A stretch of DNA of 63,373 nucleotides, filler included. It is 7 parts of 7 records of this genome, joined end to end, with 100 filler letters (N's around TTAATTAATTAA, not from the genome) between each part and the next. Parts side by side here need not be neighbours in the genome. Positions count along the whole stretch, not along the records: positions 55,666 to 63,373 come from SRR31147125_42493; 6 more parts are not named here. The stretch is one strand, 5' to 3'. Of the stretch, positions 63,349 to 63,373 are shown in pieces (the first letter of the stretch is position 1; every line of letters starts with the position of its first letter). The notes below the pieces were generated by a model, which was not told where the DNA came from, did no database searches, and was given only the letters and a program-made list of their open reading frames with translations. Position numbers and translations under genes: made by a program.

Positions 63349-63373
63349 GTTCTCTTTACTCCAGTTGAAAAAA

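Overview
This window is not one locus. It is seven unrelated contigs joined by six identical 100-nt artificial linkers (N44-TTAATTAATTAA-N44). (1) 1-12427: FCB-group bacterium, KSB1/Calditrichota-like by its QNFPNPFNP sorting domain. It carries a ThuA protein, xylulokinase, a redoxin/TlpA/DUF6029-like barrel trio, a divergent IscU-fold protein, a sigma54-like-driven Ca-binding repeat protein, and an operon of acetate kinase with a C-terminal HTH-like extension + Cys-rich V4R-like protein + HEAT-repeat protein. (2) 12528-26670: Clostridia-like. It carries tRNA-Pro(CGG), an AraC regulator ending in -AA next to a truncated clpP, an ECF sigma/anti-sigma pair, LysE/MocR, a CZB chemoreceptor, a 52-aa IGGADGPT microprotein, MsrAB and PNP. 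(3) 26771-38473: Bacteroidota (fkp, YjbH-lipoprotein-YjbH, RSH, ferritin, CoA transferase). (4) 38574-44137: probably Desulfobacterota, with a Ni/metallophore ABC operon behind a structured leader. (5) 44238-50113: a microbial EUKARYOTE with 46-70-nt spliceosomal introns (eIF2B-alpha, acyl-CoA oxidase, RIIa-domain gene, two GC-AG introns) and one intronless bacterial-type racemase. (6) 50214-55565: AT-rich Firmicute with lipoproteins. (7) 55666-63373: glycan-degrading bacterium (GH78, PfkB, GH38, GH20). About ten genes are split by single-base deletions that look like long-read errors. The best leads are the AckA-HTH/V4R/HEAT module, the AraC-degron/ClpP circuit, the racemase HGT candidate, the metal-ABC leader RNA and the DUF6029 redox trio. 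Family and taxon calls come from motif recognition by eye; no searches were run.
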